From: Candidatus Dormiibacterota bacterium
Lineage (GTDB): Bacteria; Chloroflexota; Dormibacteria; Aeolococcales; Aeolococcaceae
Direction: 5' to 3'
Length of the DNA stretch: 64,000 nt
Assembly (NCBI GenBank): GCA_963800175.1
Contig: CAWCZS010000002.1
Coordinates: 2,393,382-2,457,381 of the forward strand
Under the pieces are notes generated by a model. That model ran no database searches, was not told the origin of the DNA, and saw only the letters and a list, made by a program, of their open reading frames with translations. Positions 11,911-21,543 of this stretch are shown piece by piece (within the stretch, counting starts at the first letter, position 1; every line of letters begins with the position of its first letter). The position numbers and the translations under genes were made by a program.

Positions 11911-12003
11911 GGCCTCGACCCTAGCATTTTTGTCTCAGCCCTTTGGAAAGACGTCCGCGCAGTGTCCGCACGCGAGGTCGCCCGACGGGCCATACTGAAA
12001 TTG

Positions 12004-13380
12004 ATGCCTGGCGAATTGGGAAGGGATTGGTCAACGCAGCCATTGCTGCCTTCTGGATTCACCGTCTTCGAGTCGCTTCCGGTTGGCGCCCTGGTGCTCG
12101 AAGCGCTTGCGCCAGCGATTGCCAACGGCATGATCACCATGAGCGAAAACGGGTCGGAGGGAGTGCTTGTGGTTCGCAACGGCGTCGTGGCGGAGCGCGT
12201 GTGGATGACAAATGGCGTTCGCAGTCACGGCGACGAGGCTCTCGCGTTGATCCGCGGGGCCAATGCGGCGATGGTGTCGGCACGCCGGCTCGACGACGAT
12301 GCGATGGGCCTGCTCCGGCCGCTGCTCCACGGCATTCCTTGCTACACCGACCTGCGCCTTGAGTGGGTCGCCTGGCCACAGTTTCTCGGCGACCTCTGCA
12401 CGCGAGGCCAGACCTTTCTCGTCGAACTACAGACGCCTGACGGGCGTGGCGTCAGCTATATACGGGATGGTCGGCAAGTGGCCACGTTCACCGAATCCCA
12501 CCCCGCACTCGGCGACGCGAGCCTGCTCGATGACCTTGCGGCGGGAGCGGTTGGCACCATTCGCGTTCTCGTGGATGACGGTGCTCCAGACGATCTCGCG
12601 TATGCGCTGGCACCTGTCGTTGGGCCGACTGTTGTCGGCGCAGCCGGGACTGATGAGACCCCCACTGTCGCCGCCTTCGCCCTGCCTGAGGTGACCCTGA
12701 ATGTCGCCGCAGTGCCCCTGCCTGGGGTGACTCCACCTGGCTCCGACCTCGCCCTGCCTGGGATGACCCCAACTGGCGCCGACCTGGCCCTGCATGGGGT
12801 GACCCCGGCAGTCGCGGTCGAGCCTGTGCCGGAAGCGCACCACGCCGACGCGATGCAGCCTGAGGCGGCAACAGCTATCGCGGGTCAACCTCTTCGGGCG
12901 GAGCACCTTGCCACCGCGGGCCGTCCCGCGACTGCAAGACCAATCACGCTCGCGCCGCCTCCGGCTGAGCACGTCGAACGATATGTTCTGCGCGCAGCGG
13001 AATCTGCACTCGTCCCACCGGGAGGGTCACGGCCACGGGTCACGGACGCCGCCGACCCCAACGCCACATTCACCGCCATGTTCGGCTCGCACGACGAAAC
13101 ACCTGGAGCGCATCGTTCGATCGCTCGCGGTGGCGCACCTCACGGCGCCGAACTTGACGTGGCCTCCGTCCTGCCGCAATTGAGACTACTCGTGCACCAT
13201 CGTCTTCAACGTTCGGCAGAATCTGTCGAGGAGATCGTTGAGAATGCCGCGACCGATCATCAAAGTGTTGCGTGGCTGTCGGACAGAGTACGCGTCATAA
13301 CAATGCGCGGATTCCTACATTCGACATTCGATCAGCTTGCGGACGACATGCTCGCGCTCGCCGGCCGCGACCCGGACTGA
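12004..13380 (+). CDS. Hypothetical protein: N-terminal DUF4388-like modules, central 12-aa tandem repeats, unknown C-terminal domain
   Basis: The ATG at 12004 is in frame with ORF 11467-13380. The upstream part overlaps the SDR gene and is Arg-rich. The N-terminus has G.LVVRNG.V..V......HGDEAL..I-type modules. The centre holds ALPxVTPxGxDL repeats. Confidence 0.5.
   Translation: MPGELGRDWSTQPLLPSGFTVFESLPVGALVLEALAPAIANGMITMSENGSEGVLVVRNGVVAERVWMTNGVRSHGDEALALIRGANAAMVSARRLDDDAMGLLRPLLHGIPCYTDLRLEWVAWPQFLGDLCTRGQTFLVELQTPDGRGVSYIRDGRQVATFTESHPALGDASLLDDLAAGAVGTIRVLVDDGAPDDLAYALAPVVGPTVVGAAGTDETPTVAAFALPEVTLNVAAVPLPGVTPPGSDLALPGMTPTGADLALHGVTPAVAVEPVPEAHHADAMQPEAATAIAGQPLRAEHLATAGRPATARPITLAPPPAEHVERYVLRAAESALVPPGGSRPRVTDAADPNATFTAMFGSHDETPGAHRSIARGGAPHGAELDVASVLPQLRLLVHHRLQRSAESVEEIVENAATDHQSVAWLSDRVRVITMRGFLHSTFDQLADDMLALAGRDPD
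12679..12822 (+). repeat. Four imperfect 36-bp tandem repeats inside the CDS
   Basis: gccctgcctgaggtgaccctgaatgtcgccgcagtg / cccctgcctggggtgactccacctggctccgacctc / gccctgcctgggatgaccccaactggcgccgacctg / gccctgcatggggtgaccccggcagtcgcggtcgag. Confidence 0.6.
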
Positions 13381-13561
13381 CAATCGCTCTCTTTCGCGGC
13401 GAGGCGGCCCCGCGAAGTGCGTCGAGCATGCCCGCACACAGGCCGTTGCACATCCAGCGCATGTCACTACCGTGAGAGGCAGATCAGGCCACGCACCGGG
13501 GGTATCCGTCGGCTCTTTGTCCCGGTAACGTCCCTCCGCCTGCCCCAATGTCATCAGACTG

Positions 13562-15346
13562 ATGGCTGCAGCTCCCCGGCCAGGGGCAAATGTCTGGCGC
13601 GATGTCGGTACGAGCGCCGCGCTCATCGCGCTCTGGATTGGGCCGTGGCTCGTGATCACCGTAGCAACGTGGGTCGCAGGCGGCCGTCCCAGCACTTCGC
13701 CGCTCTCATTCATCGACCCGGGCAGCATCGTGCGGCGCGTGTCGTCCGGGCACGGTCCCTTTGACTGGTGGGTGCTGGTTGCACCGGCATCCCACGTGCT
13801 CGCAGGGAGATTCTGGGCAAGCCTCGGGTTGATCGTGGTTGTCGCGACAGGCGGTTTCATCGTGATGGGGGTCCAGCTCAAGCGGATGACACACGGACGG
13901 TTCAGACGCTTGATACCGGCCGGCCGCCGCGTGACTCGGACAGCGCACTGGGCCCGCGGCGTGGATCTGCGTTCACTGCGTGGTCGCCCGGGACATGGCG
14001 GCGTCTTTCTGCTCGGCCGCCACGGACGCCGCATGCTCACAACTCAGGCGGAGACCAGCGTGCTCGTGATCGGCCCCACACGCTCCGGGAAAACAGCGGG
14101 ACTGGTGATCCCGAACCTGCTCGAGTGGGACGGGCCGACTATCGCCACCAGCACCAAAAGTGAACTCGTAGAGCTCACAGCCGGACGCAGGCAGGCGCTC
14201 GGTCCAGTCTATGTTTACGACCCGACAGGGGAGATCGGCGGCGGCGTGCGATCGGTGACGTGGTCACCAATCGCCGGCTGTGAAGATCTCGATCGGGCCT
14301 GGATGGTTGCATCGTGGCTATGCGCTTCGCTGCAACAAGGCGGCGGACGCGGCGACAACGACTGGTCCCATTGGGCCGAGTCGGGAAAGCTGCTCATAGC
14401 CCCCCTGCTCTATGTTGCGGCCACAACGGGACGCACGATCGTCGACGTACGAACGTGGATTCACGGGTTCGATATCGCCACGCCGATCACCATTCTTGAG
14501 GACATGCTGCTCGACCCAGCGATATCGGGCGACAGCGATCCGTTCCGGGCGATGTCGATGCTCGCCTCCGTTGACCAGCGGCCGGAGCGTGAGCGTGGCA
14601 CGGTGTTTTCGACCGTGATGCGAATCTTCAACGTCTTCACGGAACGCGCGGTAGCGGAGTCAGCCGTGTCCAGTCGTTTCGATGCGGACGACTTCCTCAA
14701 ACGCAAGGGAACTCTGTATCTATGCACACCAAGGCAGTCTCCTGAGCGTGTCGCGAGCCTCTTCGTGGGTATCCTGATGACTGTCGTCACGGCGGCATAC
14801 GCTCTGTCGGAGTCGGACCCCACGAACCGGCACACAAGAATTCTTGGTCTCTTTCTCGACGAGCTGGCCAATGTGGTGCCAATCGAAGATCTCCCTGCGC
14901 TCGCCTCACAAGGTGCCGGGCGCGGAGTGATGCTGCTCTCGATCGTTCAAGATCTCAGTCAGCTCCGGGCACGCTACGGTCAAGAGAAGGCCAACACGAT
15001 ATTAAATAACCACGGGTGCAAACTGATCCTTCCCGGCAATAGCGACCCGGAGACCGCAGAGATTCTTGGCAGGCTGGTCGGTCGGAGCAACTTTACAGAG
15101 CAGCAAATGAGCGTCGGTGGTGACGGCCGCGTGAGCCGCTCGTACTCAGTCCGGCATGACGCCATGGCAACACCGGACGCGTTGCGTCAGCTGAGCGCCG
15201 GGAGTGCGATCCTGATTCATCGAGACAGCCCGCCGGCCTTCGTCCAGACTCCCATTCTGGTTTCGGAGCGCGCGCTATCGCAGGCTCGCACAGATCCCAT
15301 ACTTTCGGTCAGCGGATCACGTGCCGCGCTGACCACCGCGCTGTAG
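13562..15346 (+). CDS. virD4: Type IV secretion coupling protein (VirD4/TraG family)
   Basis: 594 aa with N-terminal TM helices, Walker A VIGPTRSGKTAGLVIPN, Walker B LGLFLDELAN and the conserved SIVQDLSQL...G...A..I..N block. Confidence 0.85.
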   Translation: MAAAPRPGANVWRDVGTSAALIALWIGPWLVITVATWVAGGRPSTSPLSFIDPGSIVRRVSSGHGPFDWWVLVAPASHVLAGRFWASLGLIVVVATGGFIVMGVQLKRMTHGRFRRLIPAGRRVTRTAHWARGVDLRSLRGRPGHGGVFLLGRHGRRMLTTQAETSVLVIGPTRSGKTAGLVIPNLLEWDGPTIATSTKSELVELTAGRRQALGPVYVYDPTGEIGGGVRSVTWSPIAGCEDLDRAWMVASWLCASLQQGGGRGDNDWSHWAESGKLLIAPLLYVAATTGRTIVDVRTWIHGFDIATPITILEDMLLDPAISGDSDPFRAMSMLASVDQRPERERGTVFSTVMRIFNVFTERAVAESAVSSRFDADDFLKRKGTLYLCTPRQSPERVASLFVGILMTVVTAAYALSESDPTNRHTRILGLFLDELANVVPIEDLPALASQGAGRGVMLLSIVQDLSQLRARYGQEKANTILNNHGCKLILPGNSDPETAEILGRLVGRSNFTEQQMSVGGDGRVSRSYSVRHDAMATPDALRQLSAGSAILIHRDSPPAFVQTPILVSERALSQARTDPILSVSGSRAALTTAL

Positions 15347-15407
15347 TGGTGAGATCAGAGCGCAACGCAACACGCGTCGATGGCCTCACCCGTTTTCCCT
15401 CGGCGCG

Positions 15408-15878
15408 TCAGCGCCCCAGCGGGAACGGTACCGGGATAACGCTGCTCCCTCGAGGCACGGTGATGGTGACCGCAACGCCATCGCTGTATAGCCGATGCCA
15501 CGTCTGCTTACTGGGACTGAACCGGTCGATCGAGGTCAACCGCTGCGAGCCAAGCTCGTAGAGACACGTCTCGGCTGCGCCTGTTCCGCTGCGAAGGAAC
15601 ACGCACCTCCCCGTCGCGGAGAGGCCGTTCCATGTCATCACCGCTGCCGCTGTGATCGCTCCCGACGACGCTGTGTCTATGACGAGTGTCGCAGCGCCGG
15701 TGAAAACCTGTGATCCCGGAGTCTTCTGGGCGACCAGCGTCAGAGTCATGCCGTCGACGTGAACGCCCGCGCCATCCTTTCCCGCATCAAACGACCGCGG
15801 AGCGGTTGACAACCACACTCCCGCTGCGGCGGATAGGAGAGCCAGCGCGAGTGTCAGAACAGACCTATGCGCACGCAT
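15408..15878 (-). CDS. Secreted hypothetical protein (last gene of the T4SS/Tad operon)
   Basis: 156 aa from the internal ATG at 15876-15878: MRAHRSVLTLALALLSAAAGVWLS (signal peptide), then a Thr/Gly/Val-rich beta-type sequence. The longer 341-aa ORF upstream is not protein-like. Confidence 0.45.
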   Translation of the reverse strand: MRAHRSVLTLALALLSAAAGVWLSTAPRSFDAGKDGAGVHVDGMTLTLVAQKTPGSQVFTGAATLVIDTASSGAITAAAVMTWNGLSATGRCVFLRSGTGAAETCLYELGSQRLTSIDRFSPSKQTWHRLYSDGVAVTITVPRGSSVIPVPFPLGR

Positions 15879-15996
15879 GCCACGGCGCCAACGCGTCGAC
15901 CGCCGATGCACCGGCGCGAGTCCCCCGAGCGGCACGGGAAACGTCTGCGTGGATCGGTCGAGCGGAGGCTGGGCAACGGCCCCGACGACAGCGCAA

Positions 15997-16461
15997 TCAG
16001 CCACGCCGAGTGGCGACCTGCGCGATCGCGCAATCGACGACGTGCACGGGGTCGATTGCGACGTGGAGAGTGATCCGCAGCCGACGTCCGCGTGCGGGGA
16101 CGACTCTCCCGTGAGCTGTTTCCCGAGCACAGCGGTCATCAAACTCCAGCGTCGCCAGCACCGGTTCCACCGACTCCAGAAGCTCGCCCTCAATGCGGAG
16201 GTCACCGAAGGCGCCGAAATCGGGACGCATGGCATCTCCCGCATCAAGGAAGGGCTTGAGCTCTCGCTCCAGCTGCAACAGAAGAGCGCGGTCGCGCGAG
16301 TCCTCACGCACCTCGTGGCCGGCGATGAGCAAGCCAAGGTCGAACGTGAATTGCTCAACGGCATCACGAATACGGTCAAGCCGTTCCTCGCGTACCGCGT
16401 GTTGCGCCGTCCGATTCGAAGACGCGCCGCCACGGATCACGGCGTTGATCCACCTGCTCAC
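15997..16461 (-). CDS. Hypothetical cytoplasmic protein
   Basis: 154-aa ORF whose ATG overlaps the stop of the upstream TadZ-like gene (ATGA at 16458-16461). An antisense ORF of similar length also exists, so the strand is chosen from operon context. Confidence 0.4.
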   Translation of the reverse strand: MSRWINAVIRGGASSNRTAQHAVREERLDRIRDAVEQFTFDLGLLIAGHEVREDSRDRALLLQLERELKPFLDAGDAMRPDFGAFGDLRIEGELLESVEPVLATLEFDDRCARETAHGRVVPARGRRLRITLHVAIDPVHVVDCAIAQVATRRG

Positions 16462-17921
16462 GTGCGGACGGCCTGCGGAGCCCGGACGATCGCGTCGGCG
16501 AGGTCTCGGTAGGCCACGCGCAGTGATGAAGACACCGCTTCGACGGGGACTCCCTGCATGCCGGCATATCTGACGCGCTCCGCATCATCCGGAATGTCCA
16601 CGACGCGGTAGACGCGCTGCGCGATCGCGGTGAGGTATCGCTTGGCCAGTGGGTGCTCGCGGTTGCGTCGCGTTCGTGGGACAAGGGAGGCGACGATCAC
16701 TGGCGGAAGGTCGCGCACATCAAGGTAGTCGAGCACACCGTTGAAGTCCTGCTTCGACGCCGCACTCGGAAGCACCAGGACATCCGCGTGCTCGAGCCAG
16801 TACGCCGCGGCGGCCGCCGCGGGGCCACCGGTAGGGTCCGGCAGCCGGTTGCTCATGTCCACGATGACGAGCGGATATTTTGAGCGGAGGTGCGAGGCGA
16901 GCAAGCCGATTTCGGTGCGTGAATACTCGGTGGTCTCGCGTGTCTCCGGGAAGCAGGCGAGTGCAGGTGTCGACGCGTGGACTGGTCGCGGGGTTTCCCG
17001 ATCCGCCGTCAACGCCACGACCATGTCGCGCACGGTGGCGGCTCCTGGCGGCAGGTTCAATTGACCCCACGCATCGGGATTGGCAAGGTTCGCGTCGACG
17101 ATGGCCGCACACCGGCCCACCGCATCCAGAGCAGCTCCCGCGACAATGGCCACACCTGCCGCGTGGCTCGTCTTCCCCACGCCACCTTTTCGAGAACCGA
17201 CAACGACGATAGTGGAGCCACGCATCACGAAGAGACTCCCGAGGTCGTCTCCTTGCATGTCCGCCGAAGCTCGCCACGTGCGCGCACGGCGCGTCCACGC
17301 CGGAAGGCGGAATCCCCGGATTCCCGCGGCGTGCTCGTCTCCGGGTGCTTTTGGCACTGCTTCAACGCTCGGCTGCGGAGCACGCCCGTGTTCAAGACTC
17401 ATCGCAATGAGAAGATCGAACGGGTCCGGACCGGGATCGTCGCGACGTCCGTCGCTACCCGAAGCGTGATCCATCTCGGGAATGTGCCGCTCCGTGAACG
17501 CCGTCGCGAGCGCATTCACTCGCAAGGCTTCAACTTCCGCGTACACCCCAGCATCAGCGAGATCCGTCATCACGGCAGCGGCATAGTCGAGGGGTGAGCG
17601 AGCGCAGAAGGCATGCACTCCGAGGTGGTGCTCGTAGTTCGCCAACGCCGCCGGCAACGACACCCCCACGTAGGAGGATCCGTCGATGCCGACCAACCAC
17701 TCGCCCAGGCCGTCCGCATCTTCCACGATGAAGATGACTTGAGCATCACGCGGCACCTCGAGCTCCCACCAAGCGTCGAGTTGCGACTGGGCAGCACCGT
17801 CCGAAAAGAATCGGACGCCTCGAACGGGTGGCCTGTGTGCAACGACGTTCGAGCCTTGCAGCGACAGATCACACAGCATCCGTCCCACCGCTTCGGCGTC
17901 CTCGTCATCCTCGAGAAGCAT
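16458..17921 (-). CDS. CpaE/TadZ-like ParA/MinD-family ATPase with an acidic receiver-like N-terminal domain
   Basis: C-terminal domain has VVVGSRKGGVGKTSHAAG (deviant Walker A) and LVIVDMSN (Walker B-like). The start is taken at the internal ATG (MLLEDDEDAE) to avoid a 90-nt overlap with the upstream membrane ORF. Confidence 0.75.
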   Translation of the reverse strand: MLLEDDEDAEAVGRMLCDLSLQGSNVVAHRPPVRGVRFFSDGAAQSQLDAWWELEVPRDAQVIFIVEDADGLGEWLVGIDGSSYVGVSLPAALANYEHHLGVHAFCARSPLDYAAAVMTDLADAGVYAEVEALRVNALATAFTERHIPEMDHASGSDGRRDDPGPDPFDLLIAMSLEHGRAPQPSVEAVPKAPGDEHAAGIRGFRLPAWTRRARTWRASADMQGDDLGSLFVMRGSTIVVVGSRKGGVGKTSHAAGVAIVAGAALDAVGRCAAIVDANLANPDAWGQLNLPPGAATVRDMVVALTADRETPRPVHASTPALACFPETRETTEYSRTEIGLLASHLRSKYPLVIVDMSNRLPDPTGGPAAAAAAYWLEHADVLVLPSAASKQDFNGVLDYLDVRDLPPVIVASLVPRTRRNREHPLAKRYLTAIAQRVYRVVDIPDDAERVRYAGMQGVPVEAVSSSLRVAYRDLADAIVRAPQAVRT

Positions 17922-17946
17922 CACAATCGCCCAGGACGGCCGATGC

Positions 17947-18330
17947 TCAGCGCGCAAGGGAGATCGCCTCTCGAATGTTCGCAGCGCCAGAACCACAGCA
18001 CATCGACGACGGCGGCAGCGCGCGCTGGGAGGCTCCAACGACCAACAACGTCAGTCCGACAGCAAGCAGTATCGAGGCCGTCGGATATGGCCGCCGATTC
18101 GGTCGTCTCTTCTTTATGTCGCCGATAGCGTTCACGACGGTCGCCAGTGCGGCGACGGCGATGAGAAGCCACGCGAGCAAGGCCATCACGGCTTCGCCGG
18201 CAGCCATCGTCGGGATACCCGCCGTGAAGAAGGCGAGCCCCTCGCTCATGTCAGGTGAGCGGAGAACGAACCACGCCGCAACCAGCAGCGTCATCAACAA
18301 GCCGAACAAAGCGACACTCCTCCGGAACAT
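17947..18330 (-). CDS. Hypothetical membrane protein (about 3 TM)
   Basis: 127 aa with three hydrophobic helices (ALFGLLMTLLVAAWFVL, AVMALLAWLLIAVAALATVV, ILLAVGLTLLVVG). It starts 6 nt after the TadC-like gene ends. Confidence 0.45.
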   Translation of the reverse strand: MFRRSVALFGLLMTLLVAAWFVLRSPDMSEGLAFFTAGIPTMAAGEAVMALLAWLLIAVAALATVVNAIGDIKKRRPNRRPYPTASILLAVGLTLLVVGASQRALPPSSMCCGSGAANIREAISLAR

Positions 18331-18336
18331 TCGTCG

Positions 18337-19233
18337 TTATCCCCCCAGACCGGAGGAGATCGCGTGAAACGTTGGAGCGCCAATTAACAGGAGGAGTGGA
18401 ACGAGCATCCCTGCAATGGGCAGGGTGATCAGGATTCGTGCACGGGCGGCGCGCACTCGGGCGTCCGCAAGTCGTTCCTGATAGACCGTGAGGGCGAGCC
18501 GTGTGTAGGCAACGCGATCGGGAACGCCGACATTGGTGGTTGCGGCAGCGTCAGCGATCTCGGCAAACTCGCGGATTCCGTATGCCTCGGCGATCAGTCG
18601 ATACTTTTCAGCAGTCGAGCGATAGGACGTCTTCGCCAACCGCTTGAAACCGCCTCGATCAAGAAGATCCTGCAACGCATCATCCCGTGCGCACCGGGCC
18701 ATCACGCGGACCGCATCATCGAGCTGGAGCCCGCGACTGTCCGTCATCACGGCGACAGCCATGAGCATGTCGCCCAGCGTTCGACCTGATGCATGACGAG
18801 CGTCGCGCGCACGCCGGCGAAGATCGGACAATGCGAGTGGTGGAATCAGCGCCGCGATCAGCAGTGCAGCCCACGGGGGAGCCGGCCATTCACCTTCCAG
18901 GGCCCTGCCGGCTGCCGTAGCCGCGAGAAGGAGGGCGAACGTCAGCAACGTGATCGCACCAGTCCGTGCAAGAAAGCCCGCCGAGCCGTCGTCACTGTTT
19001 GCCTGACCAAGGAGGCGCTCCAGGTCGAGCTCGGTCTGCAGACGGCGCAGAAACGGAGCTCGATTTGCAACTCGTTCGAGTGCGGACGCCCGGGTTGCGT
19101 ATCCTCGAAGGTGTGACATCCGTCGCCACGCGCGGGCGTCTGCAACCGTAAAGACATCCAGCAGAAGGACACCGCCAATCCAGGAGCCGACGGCAAGCAT
19201 CGCGAGCGCCGCATACGGAATCGCGTCAGCCAT
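18337..19233 (-). CDS. Type II secretion system F-family membrane protein (TadC-like)
   Basis: Internal ATG (MADAIPYAALAMLAVG) overlaps the end of the upstream TadB-like gene by 8 nt. It has N- and C-terminal TM helices flanking a cytoplasmic helical domain, as in TadB/TadC. Confidence 0.65.
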   Translation of the reverse strand: MADAIPYAALAMLAVGSWIGGVLLLDVFTVADARAWRRMSHLRGYATRASALERVANRAPFLRRLQTELDLERLLGQANSDDGSAGFLARTGAITLLTFALLLAATAAGRALEGEWPAPPWAALLIAALIPPLALSDLRRRARDARHASGRTLGDMLMAVAVMTDSRGLQLDDAVRVMARCARDDALQDLLDRGGFKRLAKTSYRSTAEKYRLIAEAYGIREFAEIADAAATTNVGVPDRVAYTRLALTVYQERLADARVRAARARILITLPIAGMLVPLLLLIGAPTFHAISSGLGG

Positions 19234-20146
19234 GGGGATGCAGTTCCTGCTCCTGCACCTGGCGGAGATCCCACCGAGTCCATCGAGCCGTGCGAGCGAT
19301 GCGCCCGAGCATGGCAATGAGGACGAAGAACATCGCTACAGCCACAATGAGCACGACGGTCCCTTCGAAGGTGTCGTAGTACGCGCGAAAGCTGGCGACG
19401 CGGACGAGACTGACGAACATGACCGTCATGAGCGCGGACATGGCGAAGGTGACCGCCCGCTGCTGTGTCAACGTCACCAATGACTCCTCCTCGACCTGCA
19501 GCTGCGCCTCGCCGACGGGAAGAAGTACCTCATCAATCGCGGAGATAAGGCCGTCAAGGCTTCGCGTTCGCGCCCAGATCAACACAGCGCAAGCGTGCTC
19601 GACAAGCGGCGACCGCGACCGAGTGCCGGTCAGAACCAGATTCGCCGTGACGGAACCGCCCTGCCCCCAGGGCTCGAGCACATAGGCAAGATCGCGTCCG
19701 GGGTTGCGACCGACCTCCTGGAGCGCGGAGTCCAGCGACTGATTCCCAATCGCCATGCGGTCACGGAGCACTCTAAGCTGCACGAGAAAGGCGCGTTCCA
19801 TGCGGAGGCGTCTTCGTGCTGCACGCCCGGCGACAAGGAAGCGGACGCCGAAGAATCCGATAGCGCCGAGGAGAAGGCTCAAGAGCCAGATCTGCGTTGT
19901 GAACCCGATGACCGCACCGGTTGCTGCCACGCCAAGACGGAGCGCAATCCAGCGACGCCAGGGCCAGCCGAGTGCCGCAGCAACGTCCTTCTCGTGCTCG
20001 ATCAACGGGATCGTGCGACGTCGTGAACCTCTGGTCCGCGGCCGCATACCAAGGATGGTCGCGATTCCAGCGCAACCGCAGCCAACGATGACAGCAACAC
20101 CAGCAACGAGAATCACAGGCTCCGGAAGGCCAACAGCCATGATCAT
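19226..20146 (-). CDS. Type II secretion system F-family membrane protein (TadB-like)
   Basis: 306 aa with TadB-like topology. The start overlaps the CpaF stop by 4 nt. Confidence 0.65.
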   Translation of the reverse strand: MIMAVGLPEPVILVAGVAVIVGCGCAGIATILGMRPRTRGSRRRTIPLIEHEKDVAAALGWPWRRWIALRLGVAATGAVIGFTTQIWLLSLLLGAIGFFGVRFLVAGRAARRRLRMERAFLVQLRVLRDRMAIGNQSLDSALQEVGRNPGRDLAYVLEPWGQGGSVTANLVLTGTRSRSPLVEHACAVLIWARTRSLDGLISAIDEVLLPVGEAQLQVEEESLVTLTQQRAVTFAMSALMTVMFVSLVRVASFRAYYDTFEGTVVLIVAVAMFFVLIAMLGRIARTARWTRWDLRQVQEQELHPHG

Positions 20147-21489
20147 GGCGACGGCACCTCGTCGCTCTGAAGATACGGGCGGATGCGCGGCGCCAGGCGT
20201 CCAAGGTTGCCGACAAGGTCAGTTCCGCGAACCAACCCTCCGCTCTCTGCCTGACGGTAGACCCACTTATGGTTTCCGCCGCGTTCAACTGCTACGACGC
20301 CGGTGATGCGGCGGCGACCGTCCTGGTTCGCGATATGGACGACCACGTGAATCGCCTGCTCCACGATGCGTTTCGCCAGGCGCTCGTTTCCGGCGAACCG
20401 CGCATTCTCCATGACGTACTGCATTGCTTGTTCGATCGCGAGTTCCGCATCCTCAGCGTGGATGGTGGTCATCGAGCCGTCGTGGCCGGTCATCAGCGCC
20501 TTGCATACGGCGGCCATCTCCTCGCCACGCAACTCGCCGAGAATCAGCCGATCTGGTTGAAACCGGAGGGCGTGACGCACGAGATCGAACATCGTGAGAT
20601 GCTGAGCGTCGACGTCTGCGCGAATCGAAGGAATCGTGGAAACGGCGGTGGTAAGTGCGTGCCACTCCTTTCCGTCGCCTCGATCCTGATCGAGATGCAA
20701 CTCGGCCCCGTCTTCGACGACGACGATGTGTTCATCGTCCGGGACCATGCCGGCCAGGACACGCAAAAGCGTCGTCTTTCCGGTGGATGTCCCTCCGGCA
20801 ATCATCACGTTTGCGCGGCCGCGAACGCACGCATCTATGAAGGTCGCGACGCCCGGCGGCATGACCATCTGTGTGACGTAGTCGCTGAGATCTCGAACCT
20901 TTGATCGCGCCGGCACTCTGATCGCCGCTTTCACGTCCGAACGGCCGGAGACGGCTGGTCGCTTGGCAACGCAGAGCCGAATCACGCTCCCCACGTTGGC
21001 CTCCGCGATCGGTGAAGCGTCCGTGATCGAACGATCACCTGTAACCCCGCGTATGCGCACGACACTGCGGAAGAACTCGAGAACTTCATCGTCGCTCGAG
21101 AACGGACTGTCACCGATGAGAGAAAGCTTTCGTCCCACTGTGCTGACCAGCCAATGGTCATGGCCGAGGCAGGTGATGTTCTCCAGTTCAGCGCCGTAGA
21201 TGAGGAGCGACAGCGGATGGAGATGCGACGCGAGAATGACTGCGTTGCGCTGGGTCGTCGCCCGATAGCGAGCGTTTCGAGAAAGCTCCGCGACGACGGA
21301 TAGAGGCAACCCGCTGGTCTGCGGCGACTCGATTGCCTGGTCAATCTCATGCGAGACGTCGTCTGCGAGGCGCTCCTCGTGCAGCACGGACGCCGGTTCG
21401 CCGTTCCTCGATCGCTGGACCGAGGCAGCGACGATCTCTGCGACCTCCCGCTCCTCGGTTGGGATACGCGGCCATCGACTGACCTGCAC
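20143..21489 (-). CDS. cpaF: CpaF/TadA-family secretion ATPase (VirB11 superfamily)
   Basis: 448 aa with Walker A IAGGTSTGKTTLL, Asp box VVVEDGAEL, Walker B PDRLILGELRGEE and His box GHDGSMTTIHA. Confidence 0.9.
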   Translation of the reverse strand: MQVSRWPRIPTEEREVAEIVAASVQRSRNGEPASVLHEERLADDVSHEIDQAIESPQTSGLPLSVVAELSRNARYRATTQRNAVILASHLHPLSLLIYGAELENITCLGHDHWLVSTVGRKLSLIGDSPFSSDDEVLEFFRSVVRIRGVTGDRSITDASPIAEANVGSVIRLCVAKRPAVSGRSDVKAAIRVPARSKVRDLSDYVTQMVMPPGVATFIDACVRGRANVMIAGGTSTGKTTLLRVLAGMVPDDEHIVVVEDGAELHLDQDRGDGKEWHALTTAVSTIPSIRADVDAQHLTMFDLVRHALRFQPDRLILGELRGEEMAAVCKALMTGHDGSMTTIHAEDAELAIEQAMQYVMENARFAGNERLAKRIVEQAIHVVVHIANQDGRRRITGVVAVERGGNHKWVYRQAESGGLVRGTDLVGNLGRLAPRIRPYLQSDEVPSP

Positions 21490-21543
21490 CGACGTGTCGC
21501 GATTGTCCGGACGCGGCGGCGAGTTCGAGCGCAGTAGCAGCCG

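Noticed and set aside
11467-12003. N-terminal 179 codons of the 637-aa ORF 11467-13380
   Set aside because: This part overlaps the SDR gene on the opposite strand and is Arg/Cys-rich. Protein-like sequence only begins around the ATG at 12004.
15877-16512. 211-aa plus-strand ORF
   Set aside because: It is antisense to two operon-linked minus-strand ORFs and starts inside the signal-peptide gene. The second codon position is shared between the two strands, so composition cannot discriminate. Operon context (ATGA coupling) favours the minus strand, and residual doubt is noted.
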